Part shown: positions 1 through 7,022 of the stretch, piece after piece | How the letters are laid out: every line of letters starts with the position of its first letter | Numbering within the stretch: the stretch's first letter is position 1 | Program-made: the position numbers and the translations under genes | Assembly: GCA_964525635.1 (NCBI GenBank) | Contig: CAZGJX010000113.1 | Coordinates: 1-12,256, forward strand | DNA: 12,256 nt | Direction of reading: 5' to 3' | From: an uncultured archaeon | GTDB taxonomy: Archaea; Asgardarchaeota; Lokiarchaeia; Sigyniarchaeales; SOKP01 | The notes under the pieces: model-generated | Told to the model about the DNA's origin: nothing | Database searches by the model: none | Seen by the model: the letters and a program-made list of their open reading frames with translations, nothing else

Positions 1-63
1 TATAATAACATCATTTGAAAAGGTAATAAAATGTTTTCTTAACTTAATGACATTGGCCCTAAA

Positions 64-81
64 CAGTACCGAGTATTTTTT
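64..81 (+). repeat. IS left terminal inverted repeat (preceded by TSD TAAA 60-63)
   Basis: cagtaccgagtatttttt, exact reverse complement of 1352-1369. Confidence 0.95.
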
Positions 82-145
82 TTAAATTCACATTCTTCTA
101 ATCTCATATTGAAACCTTTAAATCTTCGGCAATATTCATCTTTTT

Positions 146-1238
146 ATGACGTCAAAGAAGAAAAGAAGGAGAAGTATGAAAGATCTTTTTTTAATTAAGC
201 AAAATATTCCTAATTTTATAAATCTACATCGAGATTTACTTCTGCTTGATCTATTAAATGAATTACCTGCGTTTTCTATAAAAAAATATGAATCTTATGA
301 ATACTTTAAAATGTTTGAATATGCTTCACTTCATAATATTAGTCTTAAGCAAGGGTGTATTCTTTCACGATTTCAAGATCAGAGGGCACCTTCCCCTGAG
401 CAAATTATGAGGTGTTGTCGGAAGATTTCTTCAGAAGAAATGACACATTTCATTAATAAGTGCCTCACGCGGCAGTTTATTAACCTTCCAAAATCCATCC
501 AACAACAATTACTGCAATCAAGCATTATTTTTATAGATTTTCATCAGGATTGTTATTATGAAAATCCTAACAATCCTCATGTAAGAAAAGGAAGAGTAAA
601 GAGAAGTAAAACTTATTTTTATGAATATCTTACAGCAGACCTGTATTCTAAAAAGGGAAGCTTTACGATCGCAATTCTTCATAGAACACCACATGAAAAG
701 ATTATTTCTCTTATAAAAAAACTGATTGACTCTATTGAAACAATTTTATCGCCAAAAATTATAATCTTTGATGGAGAATTTGTACAAATAGATGTTTTAG
801 CACTATTAAAAGAGAAAGGGATAAGATTTCTTGCAAGAAAATCGAGGACTCAAAAGGTAAAGGAACATTTAAAAAAGTATTATAATTCTTCAAATTGGGA
901 GGAGAGAAGGAAATGGCGCTCAATTGAGTTTTGGTCTTGGAGATCAAAGATTAAAACTATTTCTGTTGATATTTGCCCGAAAAATGTTCATGGAGAGAAA
1001 AAAAACTATAATAAAATCCCCAGATTGGGTAATCACTCCCCAAAAAGCGGATGCACTATATGAACACCACTTTTGCATTGAATCAGGATATCGTGATAAA
1101 CATAAATTCCAAATATTCACCTTTACAAAGATCTTGAGCACACATCTTCTAATTTACCTATTTGCTATATTGTTGTGGAATTGTTGGCAGACTTATCTTA
1201 TTTGGGCAACATATATCACAAATAGCAGAAGCACTTAA
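146..1238 (+). pseudogene. Frameshifted DDE transposase (ISH3/IS4-like)
   Basis: Frame 146-1063 has IFIDFH and IIFDGEF (two acidic catalytic motifs). Frame 924-1238 has LYEHHFCIESGYRDK (degenerate YREK/catalytic E). Removing one A from the A8 run at 998-1005 fuses them (HGEKK-TIIKSP). A further C-terminal piece (WIRLYLEKLLFF*) may lie in another frame ending at 1311. Confidence 0.85.
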
Positions 1239-1351
1239 TTCAAGACAACAATCATTATGGTTTAGTATTACTTGGATACGCTTATATCTAGAAAAATTAC
1301 TGTTTTTTTGACAAATGAGAATAAAACAAATGAGGTGAGAAAAAATCGAAT

Positions 1352-1369
1352 AAAAAATACTCGGTACTG
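1352..1369 (-). repeat. IS right terminal inverted repeat (followed by TSD TAAA 1370-1373)
   Basis: aaaaaatactcggtactg, exact reverse complement of 64-81. Confidence 0.95.
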
Positions 1370-1419
1370 TAAAGGAAGTGGCATTCTCGCAATTAATTGG
1401 TAATATTTAGAATTTATAA

Positions 1420-1454
1420 ATATTAAAAATTGTAGTTACTACAATTTTTAATAT
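1420..1454. repeat. Perfect 17-1-17 palindrome upstream of the 1574 operon
   Basis: atattaaaaattgtagt-t-actacaatttttaatat; arms are exact reverse complements. Function unknown. Confidence 0.8.
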
Positions 1455-1573
1455 ATGGAGAAACACCTACCTGATTCTTTTTATATAATGAAATCTATTT
1501 TAAAATAACAATCAATTTTCTATTATTAGAAAATTGATATCAATTAATGAATCCTTAAAAGTGAAAATATAAG

Positions 1574-2122
1574 ATGGCTGAATCTACAATAAAAGAGAAT
1601 GCACATATTTATGTACCAATAAATTATTCAGATTTGAGTAAATCTATACCCGAAGGAGAAGATATAATTTATAGTACCTTAGCTAATGTCCATTTTCTTT
1701 CCGGAAATAGAGAGTATATTTCAAAAAAAACTCATGTATTAATGACTAAAAATGGTTTTGTATACTATTCGTTAAGAAAAAGAAAAGCACCTGAACCTGT
1801 ATATATTAAGTGGTGGGAAATTTATGGTGTAACATTAGGATTTAATCAACCACGTGCAGAAATTTATATATCTAGTAGAACATGGAATGTAAGATTTAAA
1901 CGAAATGAAAATTTTGAATCTAAAGAGATTTTTAAGCAAAGAAAGAAAAATTTTAAAAAATTTATTCTACCAATAATATTAGAATCTAAGAAACAAAGAT
2001 TACAATTTTTACAGGAAAATAGAAATAACAAAAAAGAATATAAGAAGAAATGGGAAAAATGGATTAGTAAGGAAGTAATAAAATTTGAGAAAAAAGTAAA
2101 AAAACATTGTGAAGAGTTCTGA
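1574..2122 (+). CDS. Hypothetical protein, possibly PH-like fold with basic C-terminal helix
   Basis: 182-aa ORF with ATG start. Pattern GEDIIYS...HVLMTKNGFVYY...YIKWWEI resembles prokaryotic PH-domain strand motifs; fold call is inference. Confidence 0.7.
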   Translation: MAESTIKENAHIYVPINYSDLSKSIPEGEDIIYSTLANVHFLSGNREYISKKTHVLMTKNGFVYYSLRKRKAPEPVYIKWWEIYGVTLGFNQPRAEIYISSRTWNVRFKRNENFESKEIFKQRKKNFKKFILPIILESKKQRLQFLQENRNNKKEYKKKWEKWISKEVIKFEKKVKKHCEEF

Positions 2123-2163
2123 TTTCGATATTTGAATAATAAAAAAATATATTGATAAAAAAA

Positions 2164-2748
2164 ATGACCGAATCTAATATCTTTCCAAATAAATGCTTAA
2201 AATGTAAAAAAGTGAGTGAAAAAACAGAAAAAGTTTATTTCAGTAAGACTAGAGGAATTGGGAATAATAAAAATTCAGTATCTATGGGATTTCCTGTTTG
2301 CGAAGAATGCTTACTGGGATTTAATAAATACTTAAAATTAAAAAAGATTGGTAATTTCAGTTTAAAACTTATTTATTTTATTCCTTTTCTATTCATTATG
2401 TATTTAGTTGGAACACACTTCTTCCCATTGATTACAAATTTATTCCCTATTGTTGCATGTATTTTATTTCTATGTTCTTTTCCTTTTATTATTATTTCTT
2501 ATATTAATCCATTTAGAATAACTAAATTTGTGAAACTAAAAATGGATGGAACATATATTATAAAAGATCCAGAATACAGAAATGAAATGATTCAATTATA
2601 CCAAAAATCAATAATTACAGAAGCTCATAATGAAATATATGAACCTGAAGGTATTAATACAGTTTTCTGTCCTAAATGTGGAAAAAAATATAATAAAAAT
2701 ACAGATTTTTGTTTAGTCTGTGGAAAAGATTTAAGATTATTAAAATAA
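2164..2748 (+). CDS. Membrane protein with zinc-ribbon domains
   Basis: N-terminal CLKC...CEEC, two hydrophobic TM segments, C-terminal CPKC...CLVC zinc ribbon. ATG at 2164 preferred over TTG at 2152. Confidence 0.8.
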   Translation: MTESNIFPNKCLKCKKVSEKTEKVYFSKTRGIGNNKNSVSMGFPVCEECLLGFNKYLKLKKIGNFSLKLIYFIPFLFIMYLVGTHFFPLITNLFPIVACILFLCSFPFIIISYINPFRITKFVKLKMDGTYIIKDPEYRNEMIQLYQKSIITEAHNEIYEPEGINTVFCPKCGKKYNKNTDFCLVCGKDLRLLK

Positions 2749-2766
2749 TAAAAAAAAAAAATACCG

Positions 2767-3060
2767 ATGAATCTTTTAAATTTTGATAATGATATATTTT
2801 TAATAGGATTTTTTTTAATAATTATCCTTATTATTGCATCAATTGGGTATGAAATATATAGGGTTCTTAAACATAGATCAGCAGAAAAAAAACAGGGAAA
2901 GTATTTAAAATCAAAAATCAGGTCAAAAGAACAATATAAAGAACTACATGGAGTAAATTACAATAAAAATATTGGGAAGAAATCACTTATTTGTCCAATA
3001 TGTAATATTCTTGCTGATCAAAATACTAATATATGCAGTAAATGTGGAAAAAAGTTATAA
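2767..3060 (+). CDS. Small membrane-anchored zinc-ribbon protein
   Basis: N-terminal TM helix and C-terminal CPIC...CSKC; starts 18 nt after the previous gene. Confidence 0.8.
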   Translation: MNLLNFDNDIFLIGFFLIIILIIASIGYEIYRVLKHRSAEKKQGKYLKSKIRSKEQYKELHGVNYNKNIGKKSLICPICNILADQNTNICSKCGKKL

Positions 3061-3064
3061 ATGG

Positions 3065-3114
3065 TTTTTTATTTTTTTTTATTTTTTTTTATTTTTTTTT
3101 ATTTTTTTTTATTT
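3065..3114 (+). terminator. (AT9)n tandem T-tract, probable archaeal poly-T terminator
   Basis: Four perfect ATTTTTTTTT units (3071-3110) plus partial flanks directly after the operon stop at 3060. Confidence 0.55.
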
Positions 3115-3130
3115 ATCTCTAAATTATAAT

Positions 3131-3205
3131 TCAATTAATCTCCTCAACTTTTAGTAAAGTATAAGTGGGGTTAAGATTCCTCCAAATTGAAAGATAATAA
3201 TACAT
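3131..3205 (-). CDS. Putative 24-aa micro-protein MYYYLSIWRNLNPTYTLLKVEEIN
   Basis: ATG to TGA ORF inside repeat copy 1; homologous to 5333-5413 with synonymous and conservative changes. Confidence 0.45.
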   Translation of the reverse strand: MYYYLSIWRNLNPTYTLLKVEEIN

Positions 3206-3295
3206 CTTAACCAATTGGGGGCTCTATTTTAATTAAGAATTATGACGAAAGTTGACAAAAATCATTATTTTGTACGCACAAAGTACGTACATATT

Positions 3296-3316
3296 GTTCG
3301 ATCCCCTCAATCCCTA
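3296..3316 (+). other. tRNA 3'-end fragment (T-loop + acceptor strand), putative att core 1
   Basis: G-TTCGATC-CCCTC-AATCCCT-A = T-loop, 3' T-stem strand, 3' acceptor strand, discriminator; no 5' tRNA half upstream. Confidence 0.6.
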
Positions 3317-3704
3317 TTTAAAACGTGCAGAGAAAACCTGCATAAACTAAACAATACTAATCTGCTCAATAAAAGGTATCATGGATCTTTAATCATCCGA
3401 GAAGGTTGGTAAAAAAAGAAGAAATCATTTACTATATTCTAGATGATTAATTATAACACCCCGAAAATATTATTAAAAAAATGAATTTAAATTACTTTTT
3501 TCTAAACTAAATAACTATTTTCAATAAACTAAGTATTATTTTTTTATTTTAGAATTATAATATTGTTTTTGTTTTTTATCGACTTTTAACAAAATCTGAA
3601 AATTTTTTACGAAAAAGATAAAATTTATATAAAATAGAATTATCACCAATTCATTAAAATTAATGATTAAAATATACAAAAACGTTAGTTTTAAGTGAAA
3701 AAGA

Positions 3705-5201
3705 ATGAAAAATCAAAAGATAAAAACAACATTGGGTTTATGTCTTTTGGTAACATTTTTAATCTCAATTATTAGTGTTATAGACAATAATCCTTTGGAA
3801 ACAAAAATAGATGTAAAATCAGCTGATCCTTATCGAACAGTAGGTTATATGAGATATTATACATTGGTTGGTGGATCATCAAGCGATTCTGCATATGCTG
3901 TTGTAGTTGATGATTTTGGTTGTACTTATATAGCAGGACATACATATAGTTCTGATTTTCCCACAACTACAGGTGTGATTGATGAGACTCCAAATGGTAA
4001 ATATGATGTATATATATGTAAGATTAATGCTGCTGGAACTGAATTAGAGTTTTCAACCGTTCTTGGTGGATCTGGAAGTGATCTTTTATATGATATTTAT
4101 GTCGATGAATTTGGTTCAATATATCTCTTAGGATTTACTGAAAGTGGTGATTTTCCCACGACTGCAGGTGTAATTGATGAAACTCCTAATGGAGGTTATG
4201 ATATATTCGTAAGTAAAATCAACAGTGATGGAACTGCAATAGAGTATTCAACATTACTTGGTGGATCGGCTAGTGATCAAGGAAAGGCTCTTGCTGTAGA
4301 TGATTCTGGTTGTGTCTATATTACAGGTAGTACTTATAGTATAGATTTTCCTACTACAAAACGTGCTATAGACAGGTCTCATAATGGTCAGGCTGATGTA
4401 TTTGTGAGTAAGATTAATGCAGATGGAAGTAGTCTACTATATTCAACATACCTTGGAGGTATAAAAATGGAATGTGGTCAAGATATTGTCGTTGATGATG
4501 AAGGGTGTGCTATTATTACAGGTTATACATATAGTTCCAATTTCCCAACAACATCAGGTGTAATTGACGAGACTCATGGTGGTGGAAATGATGTATTTGT
4601 TTGTAAAATTAGCGATAATGCAAGGAATCTACTATATTCAACCTTCCTTGGTGGTTCAGGAAATGATTGTGGAAATTCTATTGTTCTTTCTAATGATAAT
4701 TGTATAATTATTGCAGGATATGCACAGAGCACTACTTTTCCCACAACTACAGGTGTGATTGATGAAACTCATAATGGGTATTATGATGCTTTTATCACTA
4801 AGATTAATAGTGATGGAACTGGGATAATATTTTCAACCTTCCTTGGTGGTTCTGATTATGATTCTGTAAATGATATTATATTGGATAGTGCTGGTAATAT
4901 TTATATAACAGGATCAAGTAGAAGTCTAAATTTTCCTATGAGCTCCATGTGTATTGATCCTTTTAATACTGGGGCTTTTGACGTGATCTGGTGTAAAGTT
5001 AATAGCGATGCCACTGAGTTAATATATTCCACATTTGCAGGTGGTCAAAATTCTGAATATGGAATGGGAATCGCTGTCGATAGTGTTGGTGATGTCTATG
5101 TTGCAGGATATTCTTATAGTGACTGGAAATATTACACCATAGGGCCATGTGGAGCTACAGATTCAGATGCACTTATTATTAAATATGTATCAATTCCATA
5201 A
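3705..5201 (+). CDS. Secreted SBBP-repeat (seven-bladed beta-propeller) protein
   Basis: N-terminal signal/TM segment; repeats of YSTxLGGSxxD...VDxxGxxYITGxTxSxDFPTT...DxFVxKI with exact 65-aa (195-bp) period. Confidence 0.92.
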   Translation: MKNQKIKTTLGLCLLVTFLISIISVIDNNPLETKIDVKSADPYRTVGYMRYYTLVGGSSSDSAYAVVVDDFGCTYIAGHTYSSDFPTTTGVIDETPNGKYDVYICKINAAGTELEFSTVLGGSGSDLLYDIYVDEFGSIYLLGFTESGDFPTTAGVIDETPNGGYDIFVSKINSDGTAIEYSTLLGGSASDQGKALAVDDSGCVYITGSTYSIDFPTTKRAIDRSHNGQADVFVSKINADGSSLLYSTYLGGIKMECGQDIVVDDEGCAIITGYTYSSNFPTTSGVIDETHGGGNDVFVCKISDNARNLLYSTFLGGSGNDCGNSIVLSNDNCIIIAGYAQSTTFPTTTGVIDETHNGYYDAFITKINSDGTGIIFSTFLGGSDYDSVNDIILDSAGNIYITGSSRSLNFPMSSMCIDPFNTGAFDVIWCKVNSDATELIYSTFAGGQNSEYGMGIAVDSVGDVYVAGYSYSDWKYYTIGPCGATDSDALIIKYVSIP

Positions 5202-5232
5202 AGATACTTAAAAAATCTAATTAAAATTACCG

Positions 5233-5264
5233 AACCAAACCAGAAGTTGGTTTTTTTTTTTTTT
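5233..5264 (+). terminator. Putative terminator of SBBP gene
   Basis: Short stem aaccaa/ttggtt followed by a T14 run (5251-5264), about 30 nt after the stop codon. Confidence 0.55.
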
Positions 5265-5332
5265 CTTTATAAACATAGATAATTATGATTTGAAAATTGA
5301 TTTATTTTATTATTGTTAATATATAAATATAT

Positions 5333-5413
5333 TCAATTAATCTCCTCAATTCTAAGTAAGGTATAAATGGGTATTAAATCCTTCAAGATAGGAAATTGGA
5401 TGAATAAATTCAT
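5333..5413 (-). CDS. Putative 26-aa micro-protein MNLFIQFPILKDLIPIYTLLRIEEIN
   Basis: ATG to TGA ORF inside repeat copy 2; homologous to 3131-3205. Confidence 0.45.
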   Translation of the reverse strand: MNLFIQFPILKDLIPIYTLLRIEEIN

Positions 5414-5498
5414 ATAATAGAAAATATCATTTATTTAAGAATTGTGACGAAAGTTGACAAAAATAACGTGATTTGTAATGACATTGTGATGACAAATT

Positions 5499-5519
5499 GT
5501 TCAATTTCCTCAGTCCCCA
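5499..5519 (+). other. tRNA 3'-end fragment, putative att core 2
   Basis: G-TTCAATT-TCCTC-AGTCCCC-A. Confidence 0.65.
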
Positions 5520-5676
5520 TATTTTTTACACTTAGAACGCTTCTACATATTTATTATTTGCTTAATATAGATAAATAAAATAAAATCTTAGAAATCAAAA
5601 ATACAATTAAATTTTATGATATTAAAATTAAAATATTAATTGATAGGAAAAAAAAATAAATGAATAAACTATAAGT

Positions 5677-6525
5677 TTAGAGATTTCTAATCTCTTCTAT
5701 TATCTCTTTAGCTTCTTCTATTAATTTTTTCATAATCTCTTTAACTTCTGATAAAATTTCTTCTGATCCTTCCTTAATTATATTTAAGTTATAACCAGAC
5801 ATAATTCCTTGGAAAATATTCCCTAAATTATGAGAATATTTATCTTTTAAAAACTTCTTTTGATCAGATGATATATTATATTCTAAGTGAATCATAAAAA
5901 CTATAAGGATAAGGGTTGTTAAGATAATAGGGACATAAGAGAGAATAATTGCATTAATATTTTCAGTTTGGTATAATATATATGAATCACTACCTAATGA
6001 AAAAAAAATTGATAAAGGTATATAATATAAAATCGAAAAACAAGATAAATAGTACCATCTGATACTTTTACCTACTTTTTTCTTGAACTTGCGAAATTTC
6101 ATGATTGGTAAAAGTAAAAATATAAAATAAAATGAAAAAGTATAGATCCTACTTAAATAATATACAAAATTTAAACCTACTATAATAAAAAGAACTATAG
6201 AAATCAATATTGATAATATTAAAAAAAAGAAAATTTTAAAATGATATATTTTAAGATAATAAGAAGTTAATCCTACAAGTATAAGGATCAATGCAATTGG
6301 TCCAAGAATATAATTCAAAAATAGAAGAATTATTCCTATAGACGAGTTGTGTTCGCTCTCGTTAAGAATAATAAAAATTAAAGAAATAGCCCAAAGGCCC
6401 CATCCAATAAAAAAATAGATATACGTTTTAGATTTAGTGTCGTAATAGAAATCAGTAGATACGACAACTCCAACTAATCTTATGATAATCAAAACAATAA
6501 TACTGAAAAAAATAAGTTCATTCAA
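5677..6525 (-). CDS. 7TM membrane sensor-like protein with C-terminal HisKA-like H-box, no HATPase domain
   Basis: Seven hydrophobic segments, then DKYSHNLGNIFQGI (HxxxN H-box) and a helical tail ending IIEEIRNL; TTG start. Confidence 0.75.
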   Translation of the reverse strand: MNELIFFSIIVLIIIRLVGVVVSTDFYYDTKSKTYIYFFIGWGLWAISLIFIILNESEHNSSIGIILLFLNYILGPIALILILVGLTSYYLKIYHFKIFFFLILSILISIVLFIIVGLNFVYYLSRIYTFSFYFIFLLLPIMKFRKFKKKVGKSIRWYYLSCFSILYYIPLSIFFSLGSDSYILYQTENINAIILSYVPIILTTLILIVFMIHLEYNISSDQKKFLKDKYSHNLGNIFQGIMSGYNLNIIKEGSEEILSEVKEIMKKLIEEAKEIIEEIRNL

Positions 6526-6817
6526 TTATATTTTTGTCCTTAAGGTTTTTAACTACTTTGATCAACAATATATATGTCTAGTTTTTCTTATATAAATTTG
6601 GGATTTAAAAAATAAAAAAAAAATAGAAATTAATTCAAATAATTCAATTATATAAATCAATTTGTTAGAAACTGGATTAGCCTTAAATGATGATTGATGA
6701 AAACAGTTTCGAAAATTAGTTAAATAAATACTTCTGATTATTCATACTTTATTACTCCAATTTTTTACCCAGAGGTGAAAAACCGAGAGGAATATATATA
6801 TAATGTATATACAGAAT

Positions 6818-6838
6818 TTTTAATTCCCTCAGTCCCCA
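6818..6838 (+). other. tRNA 3'-end fragment, putative att core 3
   Basis: T-TTTAATT-CCCTC-AGTCCCC-A; shares CCTCAGTCCCCATAT with core 2. Confidence 0.65.
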
Positions 6839-7022
6839 TATATTTAATAAAATCAAGCTTGTTTTTTTCAAAATTAACTTAAAGAAATAGAGATCATAGT
6901 TTGTCTCTTTTCTTTTAATTTAATTGTTTTGATATTATTCCTGACAATTAAATTCGCGTATAACTAAAATATATTTTCAGAGATCAAAGAGAAATGTAAT
7001 TTAAAAAAAAAGAAAAATAAAT

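Larger units (their letters stand above)
64..1369 (+). mobile_element. ISH3-family (IS4-like DDE) insertion sequence, 1306 bp
   Basis: Perfect 18-bp terminal inverted repeats CAGTACCGAGTATTTTTT (64-81 and reverse complement 1352-1369), 4-bp direct repeat TAAA on both sides (60-63, 1370-1373), and internal DDE transposase. Size, C-GT ends and 4-bp DR fit the archaeal ISH3 family. Confidence 0.88.
3129..3317 (+). repeat. att-arm repeat copy 1 (~190 bp), ending in a tRNA 3'-end-like core
   Basis: Matches 5331-5520 in three blocks: 3129-3169 36/41 identical, 3233-3262 29/30, 3293-3317 20/25; offsets 2202/2202/2203. Confidence 0.9.
5331..5520 (+). repeat. att-arm repeat copy 2 (~190 bp), ending in a tRNA 3'-end-like core
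   Basis: Direct repeat of 3129-3317 with the block identities listed there. Confidence 0.9.

Noticed and set aside
759-1141. Minus-strand ORFs 759-947 and 944-1141
   Set aside because: Antisense shadows of the transposase with no motifs.
2972-3154. 60-aa + strand ORF with Phe-rich tail
   Set aside because: Overlaps the zinc-ribbon gene out of frame; the hydrophobic tail is just translated T-tract.
3240-3316. Intact tRNA gene at any of the three cores
   Set aside because: No matching 5' acceptor strand (GGGGACT), D-arm, anticodon arm or 5' T-stem strand (GAGGG) upstream of any core.
3600-3704. Specific archaeal BRE/TATA promoters (e.g. TTTATATA near 3623)
   Set aside because: Background is too AT-rich for such matches to be informative without TSS data.
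3778-3966. 62-aa minus-strand ORF
   Set aside because: Antisense shadow of the SBBP gene.
3956-4765. Diversity-generating retroelement TR/VR pair
   Set aside because: Repeats are in-frame propeller blades, no adenine-specific mismatch pattern was noticed, and there is no reverse transcriptase in the window.
5333-5464. Tyrosine-integrase C-terminal remnant (minus-strand FRH...IYT)
   Set aside because: In-frame stop after FRHNS in both copies, no LGH motif, and R-to-Y spacing shorter than in Xer-type enzymes.
3129-6841. CRISPR array or classical integron attC array
   Set aside because: Repeats are 1.3-2.2 kb apart with no ~35-nt spacers. I could not find paired RYYYAAC/GTTRRRY boxes or long attC-type fold-back symmetry.
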